Assembly: GCF_009914755.1 (NCBI RefSeq)
Contig: NC_060938.1
Source: the human T2T-CHM13v2.0 reference genome, Homo sapiens
Direction: 5' to 3' (one strand)
Length of the DNA: 64,000 nucleotides
Part shown: piece after piece, positions 30,673 to 47,852 of the stretch
Layout of the letters: every line of letters starts with the position of its first letter
Numbering within the stretch: position 1 is the first letter of the stretch
The notes under the pieces: generated by a model
Database searches by the model: none
What the model was told of the DNA's origin: nothing
What the model saw: only the letters and a program-made list of their open reading frames with translations
Program-made: the position numbers and the translations under genes

Positions 30673-31670
30673 CAAGAAAAACTTCTTTGTTAATATTATA
30701 CAGCATCTAGCATTGTTAGGTTTATTTTCTTAAACATGAAGATAGTGAAGTACCATAGTTTTCTCATCTGTAAAATGAGGGCATTACTGTATTTATATCA
30801 GTGGCCTTTGGTAGGTCTTGAGTGAGAAAGTATCTAGGGAGGAGACTTGAATGTTAATTTCCTTTTCTATAAGTATGTCCATAATTAATTGTGAAACTCT
30901 GCTCTCTTCAGTAGAAAGTTTTAGGTACAAGGCATGTGGCCAGGGATGTCATGCCCAGTGTAATGGGTTTGATTGGGATCAAGAACAAGTCTGTCAGAGT
31001 GAGCCAGGCAGTATTATCTGAGCCACTTGGTCAGGACAGGTTATGGAACAGTTAGAACAGATGAGTCATGTCATGTGTACCATACCACAGTCTACTTTTT
31101 CTTGGCCTCTCTCCCCATGCCTACTCTTCTGGTGTCTGTCTGGCAGATAGTACAATTCAGCAGATAGGCATTAGATCAGTTCTAAGCATATAGGAAGAAT
31201 GATAATTGGATTACCAGCAAGGCAGAGTGGCAGATCAGAGGCCATAGGGAACTGGGACCAAATAAGGAGACTCTCCAAAAGATGCAAATGTAGCTCTAGC
31301 AGCAAGGAAAGGCAAACTGGTTGCAAAGTTACATGTGTAAAGTCGATTGAGAACAAAAATAAAGCAGCAGTCCTGGCTCCTTAAGTGATAGTTTCTTTTA
31401 TGAGACCTCAAAACAGTTTACTGATAGGAGTATTCCATCTGAACTTCTAGGTTTGAATAGCGGGACATTACATGGAGGTGATTTTTTGGAATATATTTCT
31501 CTGTCAGCTATATAGAGATAGATAGGTAGATAGGTAGATTTGGACCTGGGATAATTGTCATCTGTTAGTTTACCTCGCCTGGTTGTGTACAAAGTTTGTA
31601 TGATGTTAGACAGTTAATAGAATAGAAATTTTTAAATAGCCTTGTTCTCATCAAGTGACTCTGTAGCCTC

Positions 31671-31815
31671 TTTTTTGTTTTTTTTTTTTTTTTTAATTGA
31701 GGCAGGGTCTCACTATGTTGCTCAGGTTGGTGTGGAACACCTGGCCTCAGGCAGTTCTCCTGCTTTGGCCTCCCAAAGTGCTAGGATTACTGGTGTGAGC
31801 CACTGCACTTGGCCC
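31671..31815 (-). mobile_element. Alu monomer (FLAM)
   Basis: Single left-type monomer with T tract. Confidence 0.82.
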
Positions 31816-33571
31816 GTATTATCTTGTTCGGGGGCAGGGAAGTATGGAGATACAGGAGTCTTTTCAAGCCTTTTAAACTCTCTTTAGTAGCTATTTTACT
31901 CATAGACTCTGTGGCTAGAGTAGGCTTTATAATTAGAAAGTAGTGCTAAGTGCTTACTTACTAGATACAGAAACAAGTTTTATGATGTTTCTTGGGTTTA
32001 GAGAAGAATTGGTTAAAGACTAAGAAATTCTGTTTTCTTCTTTGGAAAATCTTTTAAAAACTAATGTAAGTAGTTTTGGGGCAAATGCGGCAAAGAATTA
32101 GGGACTTGCCTTTGGTTTGAACTAGATGTGTTTCCTTTTTTTGGTGAATAGTGGAAGTAGTAAAGAGGCTAACAGTTGTCAGGGCTTGTCAGCCGATCAT
32201 GGGATTGAATACTACTGAGGTGAGCAAGTCTTGGCAGCAGTGTTTTGCCTCCTAAAGATCTTTAATTTAGGCAAAGATAGTTTCTCTTTCTGGAATAAAT
32301 TCTGAAAACAGAATAGTGCGTTTTAATGTGCATTAATTTCTCTTTACAGGCCTTTTTTTTTTTTAGCATTGGCTATTCTTTAAATTTTGAGTGCCTCCCT
32401 GTGTGTTAGCATCATTATAAGAACTGTCAGCTGTGAAAAAAGATGATGCAAGAAGGAGCACTAATTTTGATTTGCTTTGAACAAAGTAGACAGAGTGAAC
32501 CTGCATAATTATAGTATCAGCTGGATACTCTGCTAAGTAATCTAATCCTCATCACAACTCTGTGAAATGTCAGACTCAGAAATAGTGACATGCTCAAGGC
32601 CATAGAACTAAGATGTAGCTTCTCTTAGGGCAGAATCCAGGCTTTATAGGACTTAAGATGCTATTTTGCTTTAAAAATTTTGGGAGGAGTGAGAGTCTTA
32701 TATGTGTAAATGGGTATATCTAAGGTCATGATATCATAATTTACTAAGTAGACCAACTTTTATCAAGTATCACAAAGTAGAATTTGGTAGCTAGGACAAC
32801 TCCCCTCTCCCATTCTTATCTTTTTTTTTTTTTTAATAGTTGTAAAGTTTCTGGGAATTTATGGGAACATACTTTTCTTTCTTTTTAAAAAAAAAACCCT
32901 TTATTTCCTTCTTCCTCATTTTGCTTCCCACTCCCCCTTAATAAAAATAGTAACTTTTGTGAAAGAGGGAGAATGATGTTATGAACTCAGCAGGTTCAGA
33001 CAAGTGTTGTGAGTGTGGAGGCCAGGAAGCCATGTGTATGTACCAGGACCATGTTACTGCCTAAGAAGAAATGAGAGTGTCCAGATGCAAGGGAGGTGAA
33101 TAGAGAGTCAATTTCAGTTCCCCTTGATTATTGTGATTTATGTGGTTCTTCTGGGACTGATGTAAAGAATGTTTCACGACTTACTGGGAAGCCCTCTGTT
33201 TTGTGTCCCTTGTAATAGTGATTTTACATCAGAAATAAGCCATCTGATAGAGGGAAAGAATAGTGTTTGGATTTATTGCTTAGTTACAGTGACATGTGTG
33301 CGGTTAAAGTGATGAAATTGTTTAGTATGAGTTAGCATATATCTTAATTCTAATGAAACTAGCTCTAAGTCTATGTTTATGCTTGTGATTTTAGCTTTTA
33401 CTATGGTAACCTCATTTCTATCATTAAAAACAGTAAAAACTCTACCATGTATTGAGTGCTGTACTTTTTATGTTAGGAATAGCAGATTATTTTCAGTACT
33501 TGAAACACCAGCTCCTTAATTCATTAACACCATCATGGTTATTCTCATCCTTGAAAATCTTTCTCTTTTAC

Positions 33572-34020
33572 TTTTTTTTTAATTTTTAAGATTTTTTTGT
33601 AGAGACAGGATCTCACTATGTTGCCCGGGCTGGTATAAAACTCCTGGCCTCAAGCAGTCCTCCCTCTTCAGCCTCAGAATGCTTGGATTATAGGCATGAG
33701 CCATAGCAGCCAGCCAGTCCCTCACCCTGCTTTTCCATTTTTGAGACAAGGTCTTGCTCTGTCACTCAGGCTGGAGTGCAGTGACATGATCTTAGCTCAT
33801 TGTAAGGTCAAACTCCTGGGCTCAGGTGATCCTCTGCCTCAGCCTCTGGAGTAGCTGGGACCACAAGTACATACCACTGTGCCCAGCTAATTTTTACATT
33901 TTTAGTAGAGATGAGGTCTTGCTGTGTTTTCCAGGCTGGTCTCGAACTCCTGGCCTCAAGTGATCCTCCCGCCTCAGCCTCCCAAAGTGTTGATTATAGG
34001 CTTGAGCCATTGTGCCCAAC
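33572..34020 (-). mobile_element. FLAM monomer plus AluJ
   Basis: Monomer at 33572-33714 and dimer at 33738-34020. Confidence 0.85.
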
Positions 34021-34354
34021 CCACCCTAGCCCATTTTTATTGTAATAATCTTTCTAGGTTTGGAGCTCTATGAAACAGGTTTGGTTTTTCAAAATCTTTT
34101 TTAAAAAGATTTATTTAAAATATGTTTTTAACCTATTTTGTTTTTGTACTTTTTGGTGAAAATTATCATAGTCTGTTCCTATTCTTAGAGTACATTAGGG
34201 CAGGAGTTGCTGAACTCCCCTTTTAATCAACTTCCCTTTCAGTTTAGTTTGAGCAATAGATTTCTCTCACACCAGCATTTAACTAACCTCAAATAAAAAT
34301 CCTAATTAGTGATTGGAATTGCAACTGAAAAAGACTATTTCAAAAATGAGTCTT

Positions 34355-34905
<551 letters not shown>

Positions 34906-35775
34906 GTCTTAAAGCCTCTACAACAGGAGTCGTACAGGTGAGGGGGAAAGTCAGCAATAAAATTACGTTATAAAAATTTTTACTGAATTAGCTCAATAGC
35001 AGGATTTTTCCCGATCTGAATTTTATCCCCCACATTTCTCCCGGTTACTGCAAGTACTGTATCTGTGTATAAGGGTACACTGATTTGGCTGTAAAGTCAT
35101 GATTTATCATTGTTGAGGCTGGTTTTTCATCTCCTTTCTGATTTTTGCTCTGAAGCCTGTCAACAGAGCCACAATGAGAAAGTATCACATTTTAAACCTG
35201 TGTGGTCTAGTAGTAAAATAGTTCAATGTTTGATCAACTGAACTTTACATTCTATCTTAAAGGCCTACTTAAATATGTGTGCATGTATATAATACATAGT
35301 CCTCCTCTTTTCCCAGTCATTAAAAACAATTTGAGTTTATGCTCAGTTTGAGTTTGTAGTAAGCCATGAAGTTGAGTTATGTGAACACTAAACTTCCAAA
35401 AAGTTGCTTAATTGCTAAATGTTTTGGACTTCATTATGATTAGGGAAAATGGAGTCAGGGAAACCATATGAGAGAGTAATTTGTTTCCTAAGGAATAAAA
35501 GCAGTAGAAACCCACAACAAACCACACATTAGCCTTTATGTTGTTACTTGTTGGCTTCATTCAGTTTGCACTTCTATTGTTTGTGAAACAAGTGGTTTTC
35601 TTTAGAGTTGCAATGCTTATATGTTTTTAAAGTTTTCCACTAAAGTCATTTCTACACAGCGTCATTTTGAAAATTACATGATGTCAGATCCAGTATCCAG
35701 TGCATATATTTTAAGTTAACAAATTATAGAAGGAAATAGTACGTGGTCTTTCAAACTTTTGTTTAAAAACAGGCT

Positions 35776-36088
35776 GGCTGGGTGTGGTGGCTCACGCGTG
35801 TAATCCCAGCACTTTAGGAGGCCGAGGGGGCAGATCACTTGAGGTCAGGAGATGGAGACCAGCCTGGCCAACATGGCGAAACCCTGTCTCTACTAAAAAT
35901 ACAAAAACTAGCCAGACGTGGTGGCACACGCCTGTAATCCCAGCTGTTCGGGAGGCTGAGGCAGGAGAATTACTTGAACCTGGGAGGTGGAGGTTGCAGT
36001 GAGCTTAGATTGCATCACGGCAGTTCAGCCTGGGTGACAAAGCGAGACTCCATCTCAAAACAAAACAAAACAAAACAAAACAAAAAAC
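35776..36088 (+). mobile_element. Alu with (CAAAA)n tail
   Basis: Full Alu, TSD aaaaacaggc. Confidence 0.95.
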
Positions 36089-37115
36089 AGGCCATATTTA
36101 GGTCTTACTAAATGGAAACCTTTCTCAAGTAGTGCTTTTCAAATAATAAAAATTTTTATTGTGTAAAGGAGGAAGGGAACTTAGCATCTGCATTGGAATC
36201 ATTTTTTCCTATATCCTATTAGCTAATTCCGAGATTGTTTAATATGGTATCCACCCATTTCATTTGGCTCACCCTTTGCTCTCATGAAAGTAAGACTGAT
36301 TGTTCTGAATTGCTATGTATATGTGCTTTGGCACAGCATGAAGGTACCCTTAATCACATTGCCATTGTCTTTAAAACAGCTTGCAGTTATGGCTACAAAT
36401 AAAAGGGTGTGACAGGAGGGCATGACAGATAATGGTTCTTTTTTCCGCCCCTCTGTTTAGCAGATCTGCTTTGTACTACTAGCCTTTTGTGTTCTCTGGA
36501 CTACCTACTGTATTTTCAGTATGTTTTTCTAGTCAACTAAAATGTGTTTGCATATTTGTCACTGCAACTTTAAGCGGACCTCTTTGAATTCTTTTCGTGG
36601 AGGCAAGCAAAACAATGTGCGGGAAGAAGGTGAGTGGCCTTGCTGCTGTTGGCATTTTTTCCCCCACTTCTGTGATTAAACACTTAAGCTGTTAAATTAT
36701 TTTGTGTGACTCTTGTCCTCCAAATGTTTATTTACTTCTGTCTGGTTTAGAAATTTGGTTATAATCCCTTTACTTCACTGCACATCTTTACCTTGTAATT
36801 TCTTTATAAACAAGGTAGAAAGAATGGCTGGCGATTTGAGTGTTTAAGTTGCTGAGAGATAACCTACTGACATGAGCAAAGGTTTTTTTGTGTCCTACTT
36901 GATTCTGATTTAAAATAACTTTATCAAGTGATGGAGGAAAAAGTAAATATAATGCAGAAATTAGAAAAGTTTCCTTGTTGCTTTAGGAGGTTACCTCTAA
37001 ATTATATATTTGTCATGGATACCTTTTAAGAGAAGGGGACTGACATTTAATGACCTTCATGCTCTCATATGACTGTTAGCATTTATTCCCATTTTACTGA
37101 TTCAGAAATGGAGGA

Positions 37116-37387
37116 TGAAATGGTTTGGCTGTGCCCCCACCCAAATCTCACCTTGAATTGTAATAATCCCCATGTGTCAAGGATAGGGCCAGGTGGAGAT
37201 AATTGAATCATGAGGGCAGGTTTCTCCCATACTGTTCTCCTCGTGGTAATAAGTCTCACGAGATCCGATGGTTTTATAAATGGGATTCTCCTGCACAAGC
37301 TCTCTTGCGTGTTGCCGTGTAAGAGTGACTTTGCACCTCATTCACCTGCTATGATTGTGATTAGTAGTGCGAGAACAGACTAATACA
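37116..37387 (+). mobile_element. Solo THE1 (MaLR) LTR with a 3' internal deletion, inserted in a MIR
   Basis: TGAAATGGTTTGGCTGTG...CAGACTAATACA; TSD gagga/gaggg; MIR text on both flanks. Confidence 0.88.
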
Positions 37388-40274
37388 GAGGGTCAGAGAA
37401 AACAAGCATTTTGCATAGAATTGCAGGCATATATTTTATTACAGGCACATATCTGACTCCAAAGCTAGTTTTTTGTTCTAAACATATTTTTCATTTGAAG
37501 AGACTTATTACTAAGGTCAGTTTGTTCTTCAGGAGATCTACTGGATAGTTTTAAAGGTATTTAATGTATGAAATAAACCAGTATTTGATGATACTTAAAG
37601 TACACTAAGGAAAAAGAATAACTTGTCCAATTTCTCATGTAATTTATTAACAGCCTTGCCTCGCTGTAGTACTTAACATGGATTTTAAAATTTGGTTTTC
37701 ATGTTAAGGTTCTTCCATAGTCGGGTTAATTATCTTTATTTTACAGATGATGAAACTGAGGTGCACACAGAAACTATAATAGGTTTTCTTACCTTGAAGT
37801 ATATTGTTCTTTACTCTCTATTGTAACTGCCAAGTATTGCTAGATTTGAGGTTCAGGTTTTCAGAAGAAAACAGTGGTTTACTGTAAACAATACCCAGTG
37901 ATTCCTGATTTGGAATCAAGATACTCTAGGCAAGCAATATCATCAAATTCCTCCTTAATTCCCTCATCTTTAAAATGAGGAGTTTGAACCAAGAGCTCTC
38001 AGTACCTCTTTAAATGCTTGAGAATGATTATGGTTTAAAAGCTTCAGAGGTCTGTGAATTTGAGAAAAAAGTTACTTATTTTTGCTGGTCTCTGACTGAA
38101 ATGTAGCATTTCTTTCTAACCACTGCAGTACTACCAGTACCTGTGATTTTGTCATCAACAGAAATCACAGCTATTTTCTTATTACAGTGTAGTTCTTGCA
38201 GACATCATGAAAATATCATTTGTGTTGATCACAATTTAGAAATTATGGTAACTAGTAGACTTGTTATTAGAGCTTATTTAATATGTTAAAAAGACAAACA
38301 TGTATTTAATATCATTAGTTTTTGAAACTATTTTAACTGTATTTTAATATAATTGGTATTCTGTGTGTGTGGGTATACACTTTTTGCTTCAAAAAAGTAT
38401 TATGGGAGTTTATAGTCTTTACACACTTCCAGAAGAGTTTATGGAACAAAGTTAAATATTCCTATGAATACAGAATGGCCAAGGTTGATGTGAAAAAAAC
38501 TTTTTGGACACTGCTGGTTTTTTTGCAGGAGTGTGGCGGTGTGTGGATGGGGGAGATGTCTCTACAGCAATGTCTCAGGTTTCCAGAACGATGGGCTATG
38601 ATTGTGTCACCTTCCTCTAGTACTGAGCAAGCTAGATAGAGCAAAATGATGATAAAAATAAATTTATGATTATTTGGATATCCTTTTTGCAAGAATTAAG
38701 CTTCTAAGCAGTTGTTCCATTTGAGGGGTTAGGAGAAGACCTCTTTTTTAAACTTATCTGATTTTTCAAGCAGGAGGACTAGCTTGCCAAGAACAAAAGT
38801 TACCCACACAACACATGTACTGCATAAAATTATTTCTGAAACAGAAAATCATTTGGAAGGCTGCATTACTTTAAAAACATTAGTGCATTCACTGCTGAGT
38901 TTTTGTGTGTCTGTTTTTTATTTTTTTGCTTGCTTGACTGTTAGTAATTTACATACTAACTGGTTATGAGGGAAGAAATGGTAATAATTTCTTCATATTT
39001 GTAATAATTAGAAATACATACAAAACTCAGTAGCTTCATTGTGACACAAAGACCACTGGAGTTCTGTCCTTTGGTGAGCCTGTTATTCCATTCGTAATGC
39101 ATTTATCTTTAGATTGGGTAGGGTGGGATTTGCATTGAGTTACAATGAGTTTTCTGATCCTTATCAGTCAGTATTAGGAGTGACTGTTTTTAATAGTGAT
39201 AATGAGGCAGCTATTCCCAGGAGAAGACTTAGTCACAGGCAGAATTGTCAGAACCCTGAAATAGTTTGGAAAACTCAGGATGGAAAAAGTAAGCTGTTTC
39301 AAAAACAAAACAAAAAACTTGAGTTGCTTTTTTGGGAAGGTTGAGATGGGGATGGATGGAGGTAGCAAGAAACCAGATGAACTTCCTTGAAGCCTGTGAG
39401 CTATCTAGAATGGAGAAGAGATTAGTACTGTTTACCCAAAGTACTGGAGTGTGAACATAAAGGTTTGAATAAGACCAAGTTGGTAATAGCTATTAATGTG
39501 GAAGTATGTTTGTTCTCTGTGCAAATTGGCAAAATTTAATTTGGCTTTGAGAAAAAGAGAAATGCTAGTAGCAGGTTACTTTTGTTGCCAGTTGAGAGAA
39601 AAATTCAAGTAGCATTTCATGCCAGGAGAGTATTTTACTGGTGTTAGAGTGGAAGTGGGGAGTGCTCATGGATCTGCAGGTCACACCACCAAACCAGGAT
39701 TTACTGATTAATAATGGAGACAGGATAATTTTTGGCCTCATTAGGAAGAATGAAGATGAGAAATGTAGACTATGCCTTCAGGTATGTCTGTCCTACCTCA
39801 ATTTTAAGTGTACAAGGAATCTTTTAGATTAGGGTTTCTTCATGCCTGCCTGCCTGCCTGCCAACATAATAAGCTGTAAAACCTTGTTTAGTTTTCCTTA
39901 AATCCAGAAATGATTCTATACCAAATCCATACAAATCGAATCACTCTTAAGGGAGTAAGTGAAAACATGTGTATCTGCCTTGGCTGGACTATATCTATTT
40001 GCAGATTGCCTCAATTCTCTTTGCTAAGCAAATTTCTTAAACATCCTATGATGACCATCATCCAGTTTGGAGGTAAATACAAGATGTGATAGCGTTTTCT
40101 TATCTGAACTGTTTTATAAACTCTGACCACACTAACTTTTCTAGCTACATAAGAGTCAACCTATCACTGCAAGGAAAAAAAAAAACATCCAACCTGACAT
40201 ATATAAAGACAAAATAAGAACAAATGCTGTTTGATTGCATTAAAACAATATACTGCATGTTGCAATTTACATAT

Positions 40275-43124
<2,850 letters not shown>

Positions 43125-43148
43125 CATATACTAGAAACTGTGTGTGTG

Positions 43149-43439
43149 TGAGACAGGGTCTTGCTCTGGCATGCAGGCTGGAGTGCAGTGGCATGATCAC
43201 AACTTACTGCAGCCTCAACCTTCCTGGCTCAAAGTGATCCTCCTAACTCAGCCTCACAGGCAGCTAAGACCACAGGCATGCCACCATCCCTGGCAATTTT
43301 ATTTTTTATTTTAATTTTTTTGAGAGCTGAGGTCTCCCTTTTTTGCCCAGGGTGGTCTGGAACTCCTAGGCTCAAGTGATCCTTCCAGTTAGGCCTCCCA
43401 AAGTGTTGGGATTACAGGCATGAGCCACAATGCCCAGCC
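43149..43439 (-). mobile_element. Alu (AluJ-like)
   Basis: Diverged dimeric Alu. Confidence 0.88.
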
Positions 43440-43999
43440 CTGAAAACCTGTAATTTAGTGTTGGGAATAATAAAGATATGAAAAAAAAATGGATTTTGTT
43501 ACCACCTTAGGGCACATTCTAGAGTTTATTGTGTTTATCAGTTTCTCACAACTTAAGTGGAAACGGTCTTAACAGTGCTTTGACAGACTGTAGCCTTGCA
43601 GGGGGAAACCTAATGTGAGATAGTTAACCAAATACACACCTTGGTGTAAACTACTGAGCTACCTCCCAGAAGGGAAGCTGCTATCTTCCTGAGGTGTGCT
43701 AGATTGGGTATCACATAAATGTTTTGTCTCCCCTTGAGTCTGTTCCCTGGGAATGGATTGGGTATCATTATGACATAGGAACAGCTGAAAATAAGGGAGT
43801 TACAGATGATTTTGAATATCAGACAGTAGTAACAGGTATGTATAAAATGATAGATGATAATATTAAATTTTGATTATACAGCAATAAATTTTTGTTGTAG
43901 AAAAATTGGAGAATACAACAAATGAAAGAAAAAAACCTTGTTGGAAAAATTTAATCTGAAAAAAGAACTAAAACATTTTGAACTTTTATCACTATTCTT

Positions 44000-45440
44000 A
44001 TCCTTTTATATTGTGTTTTTCATTGAAGTATTAAATGTACATAGTTTAGTTGATAGCTGTTTAAGACTTGTTTTGAAAAGTGTCAGTCTTTCTCCCACTT
44101 CATCCCCCCACTTCTCCCTCTTGGAGGCTTGCTTTTAGCTTATTATTTTTGCATTTACCTCCATGTTCTTAACAGCATTCTTGTATTCTGATTTCTTGAT
44201 TTCTCAGCTTCAGGTATCTTTTGATTTCCATTGTGGCACTTGAGGATTTAGTTCTTTTTTCTCATCCCCAGGAATGTTTTTGTCCCCCCATTTCCCTGGT
44301 ATAGGTATTTATAACATTGCTTAGACTAGTATTCTAGTATTCAGTGTTGACACATTAAGACTGAAAGTGCATGTTAAGATTCACAGTTAAGCCATGTAGT
44401 AATTGTGACTACTTTTACTTTATTACTTTTGGTTTTCCATGAAATTTATGTTTTTCTTTATTGTTTACTTTTCTGTTAACTTCTCACTAATTTATTTCAA
44501 ATTGTAACTTGTCCTTATTTACTTTCAGGAAAGTCAGACACTTCAAGTATTCTATTATCTTCATATTCCTGAAGATGTGTTCCCATCTGGACTGGTTGCC
44601 TACTGGTTTTATGTATACCTGTTATCCTGGGACTTCCCTTTACCAGCACCTTAGAGATATTCATTACCTCTTTGTATTGGATTACCTGTTTTTTAGATTT
44701 CATGTCTTCTTTCTTGGTTTAGTCTTTCATCTTGGCAGAACAGGTTCTCCAAGTAGCTGCCTGTGAAAGGGTTTATGTAAGTTAAACTTTGAGATCCTAA
44801 TAGGCTGAAAATGTCTTACTCTGTTCTTACTCTTAATCGATTGTATGGTTGGGTATAAAATTTAGCTTGAAATTTTCCTTTGGAATTTTAAAGGGAAGTT
44901 CCATTGTTTTCTAGTTTCTTCTATGCTTCCTGCATTGCTCCTGAAGACCTAAGCCATTCTGATTCCTGATTTTTCATGTTATCAGTTCTTTTCTTTGTCC
45001 CTCAGCATTAGACATTTCACAATAATGTGCCTTAATGTGGTGAGGTACTTGATGCTGAGTACTTGAGGAATCCTTTCCATCATTGTGAGTAATTATGAAC
45101 CCCTGCAATCTGGCAACTACTTTTGCATTATTTTGTTGATGACTTTCTCCCCTCCTTTTTTCTTCCTTAGTTTTCTCTTGAACCTTGTTATTCAAATATT
45201 GAACATTTTGGACTGGTCTTCCAATGTTTTTCTCCTTTTCTATTGCGTTTTTCATTTCTTTGTATTTTTTTGAGCTTTTCATTTCTACTGAGAAAGCATG
45301 CTTGTGCTTGCCCTGTATCACCTTTTAGTCTTCTTTTTTTTTGGTAGCATACTGCTCTTCTTATTTGAATATTTTCTCTTATATTTCTGAAAATAATAAT
45401 GATTTCTTTTTCTCCAGAGGTTTCTTCTGCCTGCATAGTC
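44000..45440 (-). mobile_element. Ancient L1 (L1ME-like) remnant
   Basis: T-rich degenerate L1-like text (ctgaaaatgtctt...tgggtataaaat...aagccattctgattcct...tttcacaataatgtgcctt). Boundaries approximate. Confidence 0.55.
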
Positions 45441-45445
45441 TCTAT

Positions 45446-46077
45446 CAGGAATTGACTACATAATTTGCAGGGCTGAGTACAGGATGAACATGTAGAGTCC
45501 CTTGTTCAGCATTTGTTAAACAATTCCACTACAGGCTGGGTGCAGTGGCTCACACCTGTAATCCCAGCACTTTGGGAGGCCAAGGTAGGTCTATTGCTTG
45601 AGCTCAGGAGTTCGAGACCAGACTGGGCAAAATGGTGAAACCCTGTCTCTACAAAAATAAAAAAAAAAAAATTAGCTGGGTGTAGTGGTTCACACCTGTA
45701 ATCCCAGCACTTTGGGAGGTAGAGGTGGGTGAATCCCTTGAGCTCAGGAGTTTGAGACCAGCCTGGGCAACATGGCAAAACCCTGTCTCTACCAAAAAAA
45801 AAAAAAAAAAGCCTAGCACAGTGGCACATGTCTATAGTCCCACCTACTCAGGTGGCTGAGGTGGGAGGATCACTTGAACCTGGGTGGTTGCAGTGCATTG
45901 AGCTGAGATCATGCCACTGCACTACAGCCTGGGCAACAGAGCAGGAACATCTCAAAAAAAAAAAAAGCCATAAAAGAATTTCAAGACGGCAACAGCAGAG
46001 CATTAAACCGATTTTCAGACTCAAAGTCCACGGCTCTGCATGACTGGCCAAGTCACACGCCTATAAAGTTGATCCTG
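45446..46077 (+). mobile_element. MER45A (hAT-Tip100) interrupted by a trimeric Alu (45534-45966 +)
   Basis: cataatttgcagggc...cccttgttca, then Alu, then aagaatttcaagacggcaacagcagagcattaaacc...gtcacacgcc...cctg. Confidence 0.78.
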
Positions 46078-46403
46078 CTCTCTTTTTTCCAACTTGTTTT
46101 TCTTGTTTTTATCTCTATCTTTTATGCTAGAGATGTCTAGCTGTTTGCTCATATTCAATAGTGAGATTCTAAAAAAACTGATTAGAAGCTCTGAATATGC
46201 AAGTACGGCTTATCAACTAAGCTTCACTGGGGGATGATCTGGCTGGCAAATTTAGACTGGGGAATTTTTCAGTATCTCTGTGTTTCTCCTTTTAGAATAA
46301 TGGCTGATCAGATTTCCCACAGAAGTCTCTTCCAGTTTCCCCTCCCTGGAAGTCAAGGCCTTACTGTGTCAGCCTTTTGGGAAGGGGTAGAGTGGGCTCG
46401 GGT

Positions 46404-47013
46404 CAGTGGTGTGTTAGAGCTGGTTCATACTAGCTTATCAGAGCCAATTGTTAAATTTTCAGAAATTTTGCAAGCCAGTTGCTAAATGTAACAATTATTT
46501 AAAATTATACAAATTTGTAGTTAAATAAGTTATATAAAAAGCCAAGGTAAATGTAAAAATTAGCCAGGCGAGGTCGTGCATGCCTGTGGTCCCAGCTACT
46601 TGAGAGGCTGAGGTGGGAGAAGCCCTTGAGCCCGGGAAGGCAGAGGTTGCAGTGACCCGAGATTGTGCCACTGCACTCCAGCCTGGGTGACAGAGTGAGA
46701 CCCTGTCTCAAAAAAAACAAAAACAAAAACCAAAAAACGGTAATAAATACTAAAAACTCATCACTTTCTAATTGTTTTGTTACATTTTGTTATTATGGAT
46801 GCTCTCCTATTCTGTTTATATGGTGAAATACTGTATAGTAATATATACTGTGCATCTCTTCTGAACTGTGTTCAGTGACATCATTTAGTAGCTTGAAGCT
46901 GCCATGGTAAGATATTTATACCGCAGAATCAGCAAATACTACAAACAACTGCCCTCATTCTCCCCATTACCCCTTCCTTTAGCCAGCTGGTAAACATTTA
47001 CCAACCCACCATG
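46404..47013 (+). mobile_element. MER63 (hAT-Blackjack) with an Alu right-arm insertion (about 46552-46725)
   Basis: CAGTGGTGTG...gagccaattgttaaattttcagaaattttgcaagccagttg...gtaaacatttaccaacccacca. Confidence 0.75.
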
Positions 47014-47560
47014 GAGTGGGATCTGGCATGCACATGTTCACTTAAACTGTCCCACCTTACATCGTGATCCCTGGTCCAGATAATCCTCTGTTTTAACCCT
47101 CTGCAAAGATTATCTTCAGCCTTGTGCAAGGGTAGGTATTTGCCTGCCTGCCTAAGAGTAAGAAAGGGAATATGGGAATTGGATTGCATTTCAGAAACAT
47201 TTTCTATTAATCCCTCCTGTTTTATCTTCTACTTTTAATTTCTGAACGTTTTGTAAGAGAATGTTCCCTGATGCTTACCTTAGGGTTTGGCTTTATTGGG
47301 GGTTATCTGAGTTCTTTAACTCTTACTCATTTATTTTTCAGCTTTTAAAGTTTATGGCTATAATCTCCAGTTCTTTTTGACCTGTGAGTTTATGTCTTTA
47401 CATTTCCCTAGGTCTTTGGGGAAGGATCAACAAAGAGCTATGTGTTTAGTCTACCATCCTTAACCAGAAGTCTGGGACATAATTCTTTATAAAAATAGGT
47501 AAATAACTTAAACAATTTAAGTTCTAAATAGGCATAGCCAATCCCCTGTTGGTTTGCAAG

Positions 47561-47563
<3 letters not shown>

Positions 47564-47600
<37 letters not shown>
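47564..47600. repeat. (AT)n microsatellite
   Basis: About 18 perfect AT units. Confidence 0.95.
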
Positions 47601-47603
<3 letters not shown>

Positions 47604-47708
47604 GTCAGTAACTTTTTTTTTTTTTTTTTTTTACTGATTCTGGGGTATTTTTCATTTCCTTAAAGAAGTAACCATCTATATGTGGTTGTTCAACTACATG
47701 ACTTGTAT

Positions 47709-47852
47709 TTTTTTTTTGTTTTTGTTTTTATTTTTAGAGACAGGGTCTTGCTATGTTACCCAGGGCTGGTCTCAAACTCCTGGCCTCAAGTGATCCTCTT
47801 GCCTTGTCCTCACAAAGTTTTGGGATTATAAGGCTGAGCTACTGTACTGGGC
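47709..47852 (-). mobile_element. Alu monomer (FLAM)
   Basis: Single monomer with T-rich tail. Confidence 0.8.
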
